Shown here piece after piece: positions 38,433-47,814 of a stretch of 64,000 nucleotides of DNA. The translations under genes were made by a program, and so were the position numbers. The DNA lies in the IMG/VR virus record IMGVR_UViG_3300030118_003002, positions 1 through 64,000 of that record. The stretch is one strand, 5' to 3'. This stretch comes from a virus. A model generated the notes under the pieces. That model was not told where the DNA came from. It made no database searches and was given only the letters and a program-made list of their open reading frames with translations. Positions within the stretch are counted from its first letter, which is position 1. Each line of letters starts with the position of its first letter.

Positions 38433-38573
38433 TTTAGTTTTGTTAGACCAAATGCCGCCACATTCTCGGCATTCCCACAATTTAATTTTATCATTAGAAC
38501 CTATGTAAAATCCTAATATACGCTTCGCTAATGTAGGCGTATTACAATACTTACAAGTTTGCTTTAAACTCAT
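38415..38573 (-). CDS. 52-aa Zn-ribbon microprotein (not in ORF track)
   Basis: MSLKQTCKYC...WECRECGGIW; ATGA coupling. Confidence 0.65.
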   Translation of the reverse strand: MSLKQTCKYCNTPTLAKRILGFYIGSNDKIKLWECRECGGIWSNKTKGGGSL

Positions 38574-38725
38574 TTATTGTTGTCACCTTCTTTTTCTCCT
38601 ACTAATCTTCTCATATACTCTTCAACACTTTGGTCTGTAATATTATTACCACCAAAAGCAGCAAAGAACAATAATGTGATGACTACTAGGAAAATAAGTA
38701 GGCCAAACCATTCTGCTGTTGACAT
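38570..38725 (-). CDS. 51-aa single-pass membrane protein (not in ORF track)
   Basis: MSTAEWFGLLIFLVVITLLFFAAFGG; TAATG coupling. Confidence 0.65.
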   Translation of the reverse strand: MSTAEWFGLLIFLVVITLLFFAAFGGNNITDQSVEEYMRRLVGEKEGDNNK

Positions 38726-39327
38726 TACCATTCCACTCCTAATTCCACAAATTCTTCTTTTTCAATAGAAAACGCTTTAACAATACCATTATCCTGTCCA
38801 TACTTCCAAAGGTCATATACTAATTGAGTATCTTTCATGCAATACTCAACGACTTCATCGTATCTTCCCATTTTCCATAATTTAGGTGCATCAGCACTTT
38901 CCATTAGTTTAGCATCATCTAAAGAACATTTTACAAGGTTCTTTAATTGTATTCTTTCACCGTGTTCTTTGAGAATATATTTACTTGTATCAATATATTT
39001 TTCTTCATTTAGATATTTATGAATGCAATAAATATCCATAGAGTCTCTAAGAATAGGTAAATCAAAGGCCACTATATTATGACCTAGCACACTTCCTCCT
39101 TTTTGCAAATGATTATCTAAATCATATTTTAATTCAGAAAGAGGTTTAATTACATGACCAGACTTAGCAAAAGAATCAACAGGTTCATCAACATAAACAG
39201 TGCCATTTGAACCATCCCAAGTGGCAACAGTTGATACTTGAAACATGTGGGTATTACCAAACCCACCTATGTCATGTGACATATTCTTTGTTTCAATATC
39301 TAACGCTAATACAGACATTATAATCAC
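38725..39327 (-). CDS. DnaQ/RNase H-like 3'-5' exonuclease (DEDDy)
   Basis: LDIET, GHNIVAFD, YCMKD. Confidence 0.85.
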   Translation of the reverse strand: MIIMSVLALDIETKNMSHDIGGFGNTHMFQVSTVATWDGSNGTVYVDEPVDSFAKSGHVIKPLSELKYDLDNHLQKGGSVLGHNIVAFDLPILRDSMDIYCIHKYLNEEKYIDTSKYILKEHGERIQLKNLVKCSLDDAKLMESADAPKLWKMGRYDEVVEYCMKDTQLVYDLWKYGQDNGIVKAFSIEKEEFVELGVEW

Positions 39328-39554
39328 TCAGAACCATTAGACCACAGTTTAGAAATCTTCTTTGCTTCTGCATCTTCAACAGGTTCATTGTCGCCAATTC
39401 TTCTTTTTAGAAACGCAACAATGTTTGTCCCTGCAATACTTAGCATAGAACAGCATTCCCAGCCTTCATCTCCATATGTGTCTAAAGTCTCAATAATTAC
39501 TTTTGGCCCTTTAGTTACATCAAACACTACATATTGGTTTTCCCATTTTGTCAT
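39324..39554 (-). CDS. DUF4177-like small protein
   Basis: KWE.....LDTYGDEGWE...AFLKR. Confidence 0.6.
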   Translation of the reverse strand: MTKWENQYVVFDVTKGPKVIIETLDTYGDEGWECCSMLSIAGTNIVAFLKRRIGDNEPVEDAEAKKISKLWSNGSE

Positions 39555-41089
39555 TTTTTACCCTCCTTTAATCTAATAAATACAGACCTTCCCATTTTAT
39601 CTGTTTCAAAGTGATGTTCATTCTGATTCCACAATTCATATATTCTAGCCTTTTTAAGACCTACTTTATTCATAAGAGTATCAAGGAATAGTTTTTTACT
39701 AACATAACCTTCTTCATCTTTATCCATTTCTGTGAATACTTTAATAAATTGAGGTTCTTGTGCTTTTTCAGCCATGCCCCTTCGCCTTACTCTTAGGCTT
39801 CGTTCTAACCAATCCACAAGTGTCATATAACATTGTCGCACGATGGTAGCGGCTTGACGGACATTATAGCCGGTCACTAGGAAACGGTCTTGTTCTTTAG
39901 CAATAGACCGGCTTTGCGCTACGCTACAAAGAACAGACATTTTAATTAGAATTTTAAGCAAACGGGTAGTAAAATTAGATGCAATCTTTCTAACTTCGGG
40001 TGAAGCAGATTGAATATACAATTCCATACCTTCGTATTCTAATTCTAATACATCATTAAATTCAGGTGAAAACTTCATAACTTTAAGCCCGTTTTTATCC
40101 ACAGACTCCCATCTTTCTTTTACCATACAATATATCTTAAAGAACGCATTTGCGTGTTTTTCAATTGGCATGTCTGTATTCATAATTTTACCAGCATATG
40201 ATATTTGCTTTCTTCTCATTTTATCTTGAATAAAGTGAGGAACATCCCAAATAAACAGAAGCATTCTTTGAAGAACACCTTTTTCTGTCATTACTGATTC
40301 TAATTCATGTGGTGGATAAGTCATAGCCAAAACAGAACGCTCGCAAAAACACATCATTGTATCGCCTTCTTTCAACTTTTTAGATACAACCCAATTTTCA
40401 CCGTGTAATGTATTCATAAAAGTATTAAGCATTACAATAGCATCTTGTTTATGCTGGCTTTCCTTAAACACACCAGAATATTCGAATTCATCCCAATGCG
40501 CTAAACCACTACCTTCTAATTCACCTGCAACTCTTTTTTGTCTAAACTCACCCTTAGTTTCGCTATCTTCTTCTCTATCTAACTCTTCTTTGTAATGCCC
40601 AATTAATGCAGCATCGGTATAAAGAGTGGTTGAAAAGACATTAAAATTCTTAGGTTTCTTAGGCACAAAATCACCTTCGTATTCAGCAGGTATCAATTCT
40701 GCTAAAGGGTGGCTATTAGTGTCATTAATCTGCTTAAATACTCTATTAGCAACAGGGCCAACAAAATTGTATAATGTTGATTTACCCGTTCCAGAAGTTT
40801 GAATTTGACAGAAATGAACTCTTGAATCTTCAATACTGAAACCATTAGGAATACTAATATAATCTTTACATATTTGCCCTAAGATTACAAAGTAGCAAAT
40901 TGCCGCAGGTATTTCATTATAATGCGCTACATTAGTAGCATCTTTTTGAAACTCTTGAACAATTGCAGGTAATTGACCCGCAAAGAACTTTGTATTTTCT
41001 TCATACTGTTCCATGTATTTTTCTTCATTTTCGCCTTCATACATCAAGGCAGTTTTAACATCTTCAATTTTAATTATTTCATCATTCAT
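39551..41089 (-). CDS. AAA+ ATPase, probable MCM-like replicative helicase
   Basis: Walker A QTSGTGKST, Walker B HWDEFE, LQRM arginine finger, TTR sensor, C-terminal wHTH. Confidence 0.7.
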   Translation of the reverse strand: MNDEIIKIEDVKTALMYEGENEEKYMEQYEENTKFFAGQLPAIVQEFQKDATNVAHYNEIPAAICYFVILGQICKDYISIPNGFSIEDSRVHFCQIQTSGTGKSTLYNFVGPVANRVFKQINDTNSHPLAELIPAEYEGDFVPKKPKNFNVFSTTLYTDAALIGHYKEELDREEDSETKGEFRQKRVAGELEGSGLAHWDEFEYSGVFKESQHKQDAIVMLNTFMNTLHGENWVVSKKLKEGDTMMCFCERSVLAMTYPPHELESVMTEKGVLQRMLLFIWDVPHFIQDKMRRKQISYAGKIMNTDMPIEKHANAFFKIYCMVKERWESVDKNGLKVMKFSPEFNDVLELEYEGMELYIQSASPEVRKIASNFTTRLLKILIKMSVLCSVAQSRSIAKEQDRFLVTGYNVRQAATIVRQCYMTLVDWLERSLRVRRRGMAEKAQEPQFIKVFTEMDKDEEGYVSKKLFLDTLMNKVGLKKARIYELWNQNEHHFETDKMGRSVFIRLKEGKK

Positions 41090-41790
41090 ATTTTCACCTT
41101 ATCTTCACTGTTTAATGTGTCTAAAATTCTTTTAGCAGTTTTTTCTCCTATACCATCCATGTGACACAATTCATGGACAGACTGCTCTCCTATTTCCATA
41201 ATACAACCATACTCTTTAATTAGAGCCTTTGCTTTTTTATAGGAAACACCTTTAATGCTTGTTAAAACATCTAATCTTAAATCATCGGTAGTGATTCTTT
41301 TGAATACTTCCGGCCTAATTACATCTCTAATAATAGGTTTCATTTTACAAATAGCGGATATAATTAATGCCGCTTCTTCTTCAGAAGAAACCCAAAAAGC
41401 CTTTACATCAGTATCTAATGTAATTCTTCCTATTGCTCCTAGAAATTTATTATTTAACATTATTGTTCTAGCAGGTTCTTGAATCTTAGATTTTGTATGC
41501 CTTTTAACATTATAAATCGCTTCATCTAAAGAACCATAAATAATGACTATATTTGTTTTGTAGTGTCTATCCATATTATCTATCTGAGTCCATATTCTTT
41601 TATTCATTACTGAACCTAAAAAATCTGTTGATGATTTTGCTTCAAAACAAACATCATCAAAAACATAGTCTCCAATCTCAAGCCACTTTTTTTCTGTTTT
41701 GATTCCTAAACTCCTACATTTAGTCTCAACTAAATGCACTAATTTAGAACCTTGTCTTTCTCGACTATCTATTATCAACATAATTAACAA
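41086..41790 (-). CDS. ERCC4/XPF-family structure-specific nuclease with HhH domain
   Basis: IIDSRE, GDY, EAKS..DF, GIGEKTA. Confidence 0.85.
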   Translation of the reverse strand: MLIMLIIDSRERQGSKLVHLVETKCRSLGIKTEKKWLEIGDYVFDDVCFEAKSSTDFLGSVMNKRIWTQIDNMDRHYKTNIVIIYGSLDEAIYNVKRHTKSKIQEPARTIMLNNKFLGAIGRITLDTDVKAFWVSSEEEAALIISAICKMKPIIRDVIRPEVFKRITTDDLRLDVLTSIKGVSYKKAKALIKEYGCIMEIGEQSVHELCHMDGIGEKTAKRILDTLNSEDKVKI

Positions 41791-41953
41791 CCTTCCTTAT
41801 TTCTTCCATACATTCTTTAGCGATATAATATCTTTGTTTATAAGAATTAATAGTCTGTTTTCTATAATATTTAGAAATCTCTAAATCGTAAATATCAATG
41901 TATAATTTAATTTGCTCAAATGTTTTTTGAATATCTTCTTTCATATTACTCAC
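41765..41953 (-). CDS. hypothetical protein
   Basis: Fills gap in - strand operon. Confidence 0.55.
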   Translation of the reverse strand: MSNMKEDIQKTFEQIKLYIDIYDLEISKYYRKQTINSYKQRYYIAKECMEEIRKVVNYVDNR

Positions 41954-42989
41954 CTAAATAATCTGGGTATCTCCAACATTTACCAACACAATAACCATCA
42001 GAAATTAACTTATTACAGAAAGGAGTTTTATAATTCCCAAACACTGTAAATTTAGCATGTTTTCTTGTAGTGGCTTCATCCCAATCTAACCATATTTCGT
42101 CATTAGATTCGGCCAACTGTTTTATTTCAGCAACAACTAAGTCCAATACTTCTTGTTTTTCCTTTAAAGAATTGATAGGTCGTCTCCCTGTTAGCAAGTC
42201 TCTATACCAAGAAACAAGATATGCTCTAGCCATATGCGAAGGATTCTCCGTCATAATAGCACTATGTAAGCAGGGCAATATAGGCAATTTACCTGTGTAT
42301 TTTGCGACACTAATTTCGCCCTCGACTGTATCAATAGGGGGTGCTTTTGGAAAAACTACCTTCTTATTGCCGCCCATCTGAAACCGTAAAAGGCGGGGTT
42401 TGGTTGCTAACTCAAGAATATGCTCAAGATTAAAAGAAAGGTCATCAATAATTAAAGGAATGCAATAATACGGATTACCTTCTTTATCAGAAGATGACAT
42501 ATTAACTGTGTTAGGAACTCTTCTCAATCTTGTTGGTTGTCCTACTCTATCATCTAAAGTATTCTTTCCGCTAAAAGATTGTTTAAGCACTTCTTTCATT
42601 CCTCTAAAGAATGTTTGAATATCTCTAATACTTTCTGTTGGCTCTCCAAATAAAAATAAATGGAAACCTCTCCCCGAAAAGAAGATAGTATGCTTCCAAT
42701 CATTTTGGATAACCTTTTGCATTATCATTTGTAAATCTCTCCATGCTAATTCTAAATCATTATCATGTCCGTCAAAATCTAAAAAAATCCTATCAAGAAT
42801 AACTGATGATTCTATTTTTGCTGTTTCCGAAAAGTGTTCAAAGTCGTAAACGGTTGTATAAACATTTGTCCTATTATTTTGAGCATTAATAAACTTAACA
42901 TATTCATTCCTCGATGAGACTACTTTTCTTTTCATTTGTGGGGCGTTCTTTATGTGACTCCCCGCCCAAACTTCCCTCGGATATTTCAT
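41946..42989 (-). CDS. priS: archaeo-eukaryotic primase, PriS fused to PriL-like Fe-S domain
   Basis: FLDFD, SGRGFH, RLRRVPNT; C-terminal LPCL...H..R...C...C...C. Confidence 0.85.
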   Translation of the reverse strand: MKYPREVWAGSHIKNAPQMKRKVVSSRNEYVKFINAQNNRTNVYTTVYDFEHFSETAKIESSVILDRIFLDFDGHDNDLELAWRDLQMIMQKVIQNDWKHTIFFSGRGFHLFLFGEPTESIRDIQTFFRGMKEVLKQSFSGKNTLDDRVGQPTRLRRVPNTVNMSSSDKEGNPYYCIPLIIDDLSFNLEHILELATKPRLLRFQMGGNKKVVFPKAPPIDTVEGEISVAKYTGKLPILPCLHSAIMTENPSHMARAYLVSWYRDLLTGRRPINSLKEKQEVLDLVVAEIKQLAESNDEIWLDWDEATTRKHAKFTVFGNYKTPFCNKLISDGYCVGKCWRYPDYLGE

Positions 42990-43278
42990 TATTTTTACCT
43001 CCAAAATTCACTGTTGCCGTATTTAGCATATTTCTAATTACTCCGGCTATTTCACCAGATAGTTTAGCATAAATCGCTTCTCTCATTACATCTTCAAATG
43101 TATGACCTACGAAGTTTTCGTTTATTCTTACTTCTCTAACCAAATCAAATCTTTCAATTAGTTTTGATTCAGAATATATTTCATTACAAAGTTTATTGAT
43201 AGTATCTTTTAGATTAGATATTTCTGTAAATGTCCAATTTCTTGACAATACTTTTTCTTTTATCATATCTTCATTCAT
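42904..43278 (-). CDS. hypothetical protein
   Basis: ATGA coupling; 3' end overlaps primase start. Confidence 0.6.
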   Translation of the reverse strand: MNEDMIKEKVLSRNWTFTEISNLKDTINKLCNEIYSESKLIERFDLVREVRINENFVGHTFEDVMREAIYAKLSGEIAGVIRNMLNTATVNFGGKNNEISEGSLGGESHKERPTNEKKSSLIEE

Positions 43279-43457
43279 TCATTTCCCTCCTTGCGATTTA
43301 AATATTCTTGTATTCTTACAGGAATAACAATATTACTATTGCATTTATCACAACATCTCCCATTTGTTACGGGTTGAGCATTATGTCCACTATCCCAATA
43401 AACTTCGCCATTATGGTATTTCTTTTCTATTTCTTCTTTACATATACTACATTTCAT
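43275..43457 (-). CDS. small zinc-finger protein
   Basis: CSIC...HNAQP...GRCCDKCN. Confidence 0.7.
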   Translation of the reverse strand: MKCSICKEEIEKKYHNGEVYWDSGHNAQPVTNGRCCDKCNSNIVIPVRIQEYLNRKEGNE

Positions 43458-43461
43458 TTAA

Positions 43462-44367
43462 TCACACCCATGTATCAGTTTGTGCCGCATCACAAATACC
43501 AAAGAAAGAACAATGCGAACAAGTCTTATAGAAAAACTTTGCAGGGAAATGCGAGTTTTCATAAGACCAAATCAACTTAGCAATATTATTCATTACAGAA
43601 GTCATTGTTCTTTTCTTTACGCCTTCCGAAAATACATAATTAGAAACCGGATAATACCAGCCCCAATGAGTTACTTTCTTATTGGGGTCTAATCCGTTTT
43701 TAATCAATACTTCATCTTCTGCGCTTTCAATAAGTAATTGATAGAATGCCATTTCCTTTCTCATGCTTGTTGATTTGTAGTCTTTCCAAGCACCGGTTTT
43801 GTATTCAAAAGGAATATACCCTCCATCTTCTTCAAAGATTCTATCAATAATACCTTGAATATGTATTTTGTAGTCTCGCTTTAGAGGAAACTTAGGGTTT
43901 GTATCTTTATCAATTGTTATATTGGCATCGAATTTTCCTTCGTTACAAACAGGTAAGTATTCATCAATCTTATTTGCATCCCTCGCTTCAATGAACCTCT
44001 CGGCTTCAAACGCTGATTGAGTAATTGAAATATCCAAGTAATCATCAATAGGATGAAGACTTTGACAATACTCATACAACTCATTAGCAGTCATTGATTC
44101 TGCTTTCTTAACATCAAAGTCATTGAAAAAATTCTCTCTTGAATTGTGGCAAATTGTTCCTTTCAACATAGCCTCCGTTTGGTCTTGAGGCAATCTTTGA
44201 ATATAAGAAAAATCATACTTTTTAGCACACCAATCAAAAGAACCTAAAGAAGATTTAGTTATTTTTAATATAGGTTTGCTAGGGTCATCATAATTTTCAG
44301 GCTTCCAATCATAAGTAAAATCCTGCATAGCAGAAATTATTGCATTATATTTTTCATCGTTATTCAT
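43462..44367 (-). CDS. Cas4/RecB-like PD-(D/E)xK exonuclease with Fe-S cysteines
   Basis: WC, GTICH, GIIDRI, EYKTG, CSHCSFFGIC. Confidence 0.85.
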   Translation of the reverse strand: MNNDEKYNAIISAMQDFTYDWKPENYDDPSKPILKITKSSLGSFDWCAKKYDFSYIQRLPQDQTEAMLKGTICHNSRENFFNDFDVKKAESMTANELYEYCQSLHPIDDYLDISITQSAFEAERFIEARDANKIDEYLPVCNEGKFDANITIDKDTNPKFPLKRDYKIHIQGIIDRIFEEDGGYIPFEYKTGAWKDYKSTSMRKEMAFYQLLIESAEDEVLIKNGLDPNKKVTHWGWYYPVSNYVFSEGVKKRTMTSVMNNIAKLIWSYENSHFPAKFFYKTCSHCSFFGICDAAQTDTWV

Positions 44368-44368
44368 A

Positions 44369-45250
44369 TTACCACCAATCATCTAATTTCTTTTGTATTT
44401 TACCTGTTCTAATACTCGACAAATCCCAATCCATCGCCTTGTAAATAGGTTCGGCTTTCTTTATCACCTGTTCGGCATAATGTCGCCAATCGGGTTCATA
44501 ACTTTCAAGGTCTGCATAAGTAGTTCCGGAAACATATTCCGCTTGTCTTTTTTCTCCTGTTAGTGGATGAATGTATGTCTTATGCAAATTCCTTGCTTTC
44601 ATAAATAAATATGAATCATCAAACTCAGCATTTGTGTTTTGCCAAGCATATAATATACCAGCAATACCCTCACCAAAAGAGGGTTTTGCATTGTCTAATG
44701 TTCTGAATAATTTACCTTCCACACCGCATTTTTTACACCATTTAATGTGTTCTTTTATGCTATGCTTAGTTCCGCAATCCGGACATTTTACAGTAAGTCT
44801 ATTGCTCTTTAGTCTAGACCTTTTAATAATAGAATTAATAGGTATTTCGCCATTCAGAACAGAAGAATAAGTATTGTGTAAATACTTATTTATCTCGTCT
44901 TGAGTATTCTGATTCACCCACATTTTTAATACAGTAGTTTGAACTTCTTTTGCCATCTTAGTCTCACTAACTCTTTTAGCAGTAAAACCTGTCATGGTGA
45001 ATTTGGGTTCATCTAACCATACTCCATCTTCCCAAGATACTAACCCTGCATTACGATTCTTTACCGTTCCTACACCTAAAGCAGAAAAATACTTTTCAAA
45101 CTCTAACTGAACAGGGTGTTCATCTAAACCTAATACATTAGGAAAATGTTCTCTAACACTTGCTTCTATTTCTTTGATAGCAGTTTGAGCCTTTTCAACT
45201 GAATCAATCTGAACATAGATTGAATCCGTATGCCCATAAACTACTTTCAT
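44369..45250 (-). CDS. polB: family B DNA polymerase, C-terminal subunit (split gene)
   Basis: YGHTDS (motif C), LEFEK, KNRNAG, GFTAKR; CxxC..CxxC insertion. Confidence 0.85.
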   Translation of the reverse strand: MKVVYGHTDSIYVQIDSVEKAQTAIKEIEASVREHFPNVLGLDEHPVQLEFEKYFSALGVGTVKNRNAGLVSWEDGVWLDEPKFTMTGFTAKRVSETKMAKEVQTTVLKMWVNQNTQDEINKYLHNTYSSVLNGEIPINSIIKRSRLKSNRLTVKCPDCGTKHSIKEHIKWCKKCGVEGKLFRTLDNAKPSFGEGIAGILYAWQNTNAEFDDSYLFMKARNLHKTYIHPLTGEKRQAEYVSGTTYADLESYEPDWRHYAEQVIKKAEPIYKAMDWDLSSIRTGKIQKKLDDWW

Positions 45251-45531
45251 ACTCCGCCCACCTTATCGGGTGCATATATTAGATTATTGAATGTTAATTC
45301 GGGATGCAACTTTTGTAGGTCGTTTTGCATTTCGTGAATCGCTTTTGCTACATTGTATGTTTGCGAATCCTCATTATGTTGCCTATCCAACTCTATTTCC
45401 AATCTTTCAATTGTATTTTGCAATCTTTCAATCTTCTCATCCAATTCATCTATTCTATTAACAAGACCTTCATTTTCCATAGTCAGTCTTTTGATTTCTT
45501 CATTTAATTTATCTAATTCATATCTATTCAT
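45247..45531 (-). CDS. coiled-coil protein between polB halves
   Basis: Heptad pattern; ATGA overlaps at both ends. Confidence 0.7.
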   Translation of the reverse strand: MNRYELDKLNEEIKRLTMENEGLVNRIDELDEKIERLQNTIERLEIELDRQHNEDSQTYNVAKAIHEMQNDLQKLHPELTFNNLIYAPDKVGGV

Positions 45532-45659
45532 AATATCACCGTTACTATTGTTAAGATGGTTGCTATGTTCACGATATTTACCATCATCAATATCTTATTT
45601 GATTTTGCTATCATAGCCAGCAATTCTTCTAATAATTCATTCGTCTTGTCCATCATCAT
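45528..45659 (-). CDS. 43-aa tail-anchored membrane microprotein (not in ORF track)
   Basis: MMMDKTNELLEELLAMIAKSNKILMMVNIVNIATILTIVTVIL. Confidence 0.6.
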   Translation of the reverse strand: MMMDKTNELLEELLAMIAKSNKILMMVNIVNIATILTIVTVIL

Positions 45660-45807
45660 GGTTAACACCTTGTTCTATTTCGGTAATGATAGCATGACGC
45701 TTCAAGTTATTCATCATTTGAAATATCTCCTTTACTTCTTGTAAAGTAATATTCCAAGTTTCTTCTGTATCATACGATACTTTTACAGTTACATATTTAG
45801 TTTTCAT
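45637..45807 (-). CDS. 56-aa hypothetical protein (not in ORF track)
   Basis: TAATG coupling, GGAGG SD; MKTKYVTVKVSYDTEETW. Confidence 0.6.
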   Translation of the reverse strand: MKTKYVTVKVSYDTEETWNITLQEVKEIFQMMNNLKRHAIITEIEQGVNHDDGQDE

Positions 45808-46016
45808 TATCTTTTCCTCCTAGAATAAAGATTTCTGCCATCATGCATTCCTATTACATCACAATTTCTTTTAAGAAAATTAGCAATAGAACCAGAACAA
45901 GGAACGCAGTTAGTTCCATGTTTATCAACAAGCCTCTCTCTTACATGAACCGCAGTAAAGGGTTCATCCCAAAATTCAATCAAATTCATTATCCATTTTT
46001 TACATCTTTGTTTCAT
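45807..46016 (-). CDS. small wHTH-like protein
   Basis: FTA..V...L...VP...SIANFL pattern. Confidence 0.55.
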   Translation of the reverse strand: MKQRCKKWIMNLIEFWDEPFTAVHVRERLVDKHGTNCVPCSGSIANFLKRNCDVIGMHDGRNLYSRRKR

Positions 46017-46147
46017 TCAAACAACTCCTTATGACCGCAATTATTACATTGTAATTTTGCTTTATCTTTCATTAATCTATAACCTACTTTTGGTTTCTTA
46101 TACCAAACTATTTCCATTTTACCCTTCTTACAATAAATGCATTTCAT
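46013..46147 (-). CDS. 44-aa Zn-ribbon microprotein (not in ORF track)
   Basis: MKCIYC...LQCNNCGHKE; ATG overlaps the polB N-half stop. Confidence 0.65.
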   Translation of the reverse strand: MKCIYCKKGKMEIVWYKKPKVGYRLMKDKAKLQCNNCGHKELFE

Positions 46148-47814
46148 ATTTTCATCTCCTTTGCTTTGAAGGCAGCCAATCTAATTGCTTCTCTAGCACT
46201 AGCAGTAATACTAGCCGCTAAATCAGCATCAGCCCAACTAAAACCGGTATAGCCAATGATTCCGTAAAATGAAGCCATTAGTCTCTTTACTGCCATTTGA
46301 TTGTTATACCACTTGATATAGTCACTGTTATTATTGTTCTCTCTCGCCTCACGCATAAGTCGCTTATATTCATTTCGGAGTTGCTTTAACTCTAAAACAG
46401 ATTGAGGTAATAAGCCTAGTTTATCAGTTTTATAGAATCTATAATCTGATTCAGTTACTTCCGAGAAATCTCTAGGAGTAAGAAGATTGACCGATAATTC
46501 AGTTACTTCATTAGATTTAGTCTCCCATGAAATGTTTCTAGCAATCATCATAGCAGGGTATAGACCTGCATAATCAAAAGCCGCCACATTAAGATGTAGT
46601 CCGTTAGTGTTTTCACTTAATGGGTCATAAATCATAGCCCCTTGATAGGACTTCTTTTCTGCTTTCTTATTACCTGTTGGTGCTTTCCACCAAGCATTAC
46701 GCATGAAGTAAATAGAACCCATATGACTTGCATAAAAACAAGCATCAAATGGTGCTTTCAGTAATCTTTGTAGTGCAATAATCGCTTCGCTACAATAATT
46801 AGTTTCATCTATTTCAACAATTAATTCAACATCTTTTAGAGCATACTGCAAATAAGTTTCAGTATCTTCTAACCAAGCCCTACGATAGAATTCGTTTGGG
46901 TCGGGAAACTTTTCTGAAACTAACTTCTTCTTGTTAAGTAAAGATTCAGATACATAGTCCAAAGATAAAGAAGGTAATGTTCCTCTTTGCGAGTCATTCC
47001 ATTGTCTTTCAAAAGCCATGTCTAATGAGAGGGTTATGCGACCCCCTATGGGTTGTTCTATTGGTGAGAACCCCTTTTCACCTTTAGTATATTTGAAGCC
47101 CTTCTTAGTCTGTTTAACACCATCTATGCGGTTAATCGGTGACATTCTATTAGGGTTAATTCCTAAAGCACAACACCTTTCAAGCAATTTAGGTATATCA
47201 GCAAAGTTACCGAACCAAGCAATTAGCATATCGGGGTCTTTGTCTATCATTGTATTAATGAAATCTTCAAGCATATGTTTTTCATTACGACAATAATATA
47301 CATTATTTATCTCTAAAGAATTATCAAATATGTCTATTGGACATTTTTCAGTAGGAAACCATACCCATTGATGGTATTCTTCATCATAATTATCATACAT
47401 TACAATAGTAGTAATTTCATTATGGTGTTCTCCTCCTTGTTGCCATTCCATATCCCAATACCATTTACGCATTTTATACTCCGGCATTTCCGAAATACAA
47501 TCAACTGCATATCTAAATGTATATGGAACATCTGCTTCATATGTTTGCTTAAACATTTTTCTAGCAGAAAAAACATCAAAAGAGTTTTCAACATATACTC
47601 TCTTTAATCTATCACCATCTAGATTCACCCATTCTCCTCTTTCATATTCAAACTCTCGTTTGATATACTTAGAAGGAGAATATGTTGTATGTTCCTTTTC
47701 GTTTTCCTTCACATAAAAGTAGGGTCTAAATCTTTCCAATTCGAATTTTTTCTCGTTATTCTCTCTCCAAGATTTGTATATGTGTTTTCCATCTAAACAC
47801 CTACTAATTATCAT
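46144..47814 (-). CDS. polB: family B DNA polymerase, N-terminal subunit (exonuclease + motifs A, B)
   Basis: YEADV, WDME (ExoI), YALKD (ExoIII), FDYAGLYP (A), KRLMASFYG (B). Confidence 0.9.
   Translation of the reverse strand: MIISRCLDGKHIYKSWRENNEKKFELERFRPYFYVKENEKEHTTYSPSKYIKREFEYERGEWVNLDGDRLKRVYVENSFDVFSARKMFKQTYEADVPYTFRYAVDCISEMPEYKMRKWYWDMEWQQGGEHHNEITTIVMYDNYDEEYHQWVWFPTEKCPIDIFDNSLEINNVYYCRNEKHMLEDFINTMIDKDPDMLIAWFGNFADIPKLLERCCALGINPNRMSPINRIDGVKQTKKGFKYTKGEKGFSPIEQPIGGRITLSLDMAFERQWNDSQRGTLPSLSLDYVSESLLNKKKLVSEKFPDPNEFYRRAWLEDTETYLQYALKDVELIVEIDETNYCSEAIIALQRLLKAPFDACFYASHMGSIYFMRNAWWKAPTGNKKAEKKSYQGAMIYDPLSENTNGLHLNVAAFDYAGLYPAMMIARNISWETKSNEVTELSVNLLTPRDFSEVTESDYRFYKTDKLGLLPQSVLELKQLRNEYKRLMREARENNNNSDYIKWYNNQMAVKRLMASFYGIIGYTGFSWADADLAASITASAREAIRLAAFKAKEMKI

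Noticed and set aside
524-38494. Many - strand ORFs within the structural module (and + strand ORFs within 38577-63343)
   Set aside because: They are antisense shadows of long genes, with Ser/Leu/Phe-rich composition mirroring Lys/Glu codons and no SD or coupling
43462-44367. Cas4-like gene as evidence of a CRISPR-Cas locus
   Set aside because: No repeat-spacer array or other cas genes; stand-alone Cas4-like nucleases next to polB are common in archaeal viruses
45251-46143. Intein or self-splicing intron interrupting polB
   Set aside because: No Cys/Ser...His-Asn intein ends or recognisable intron core; the gap is filled with ordinary coupled ORFs and the C-half has its own SD and ATG
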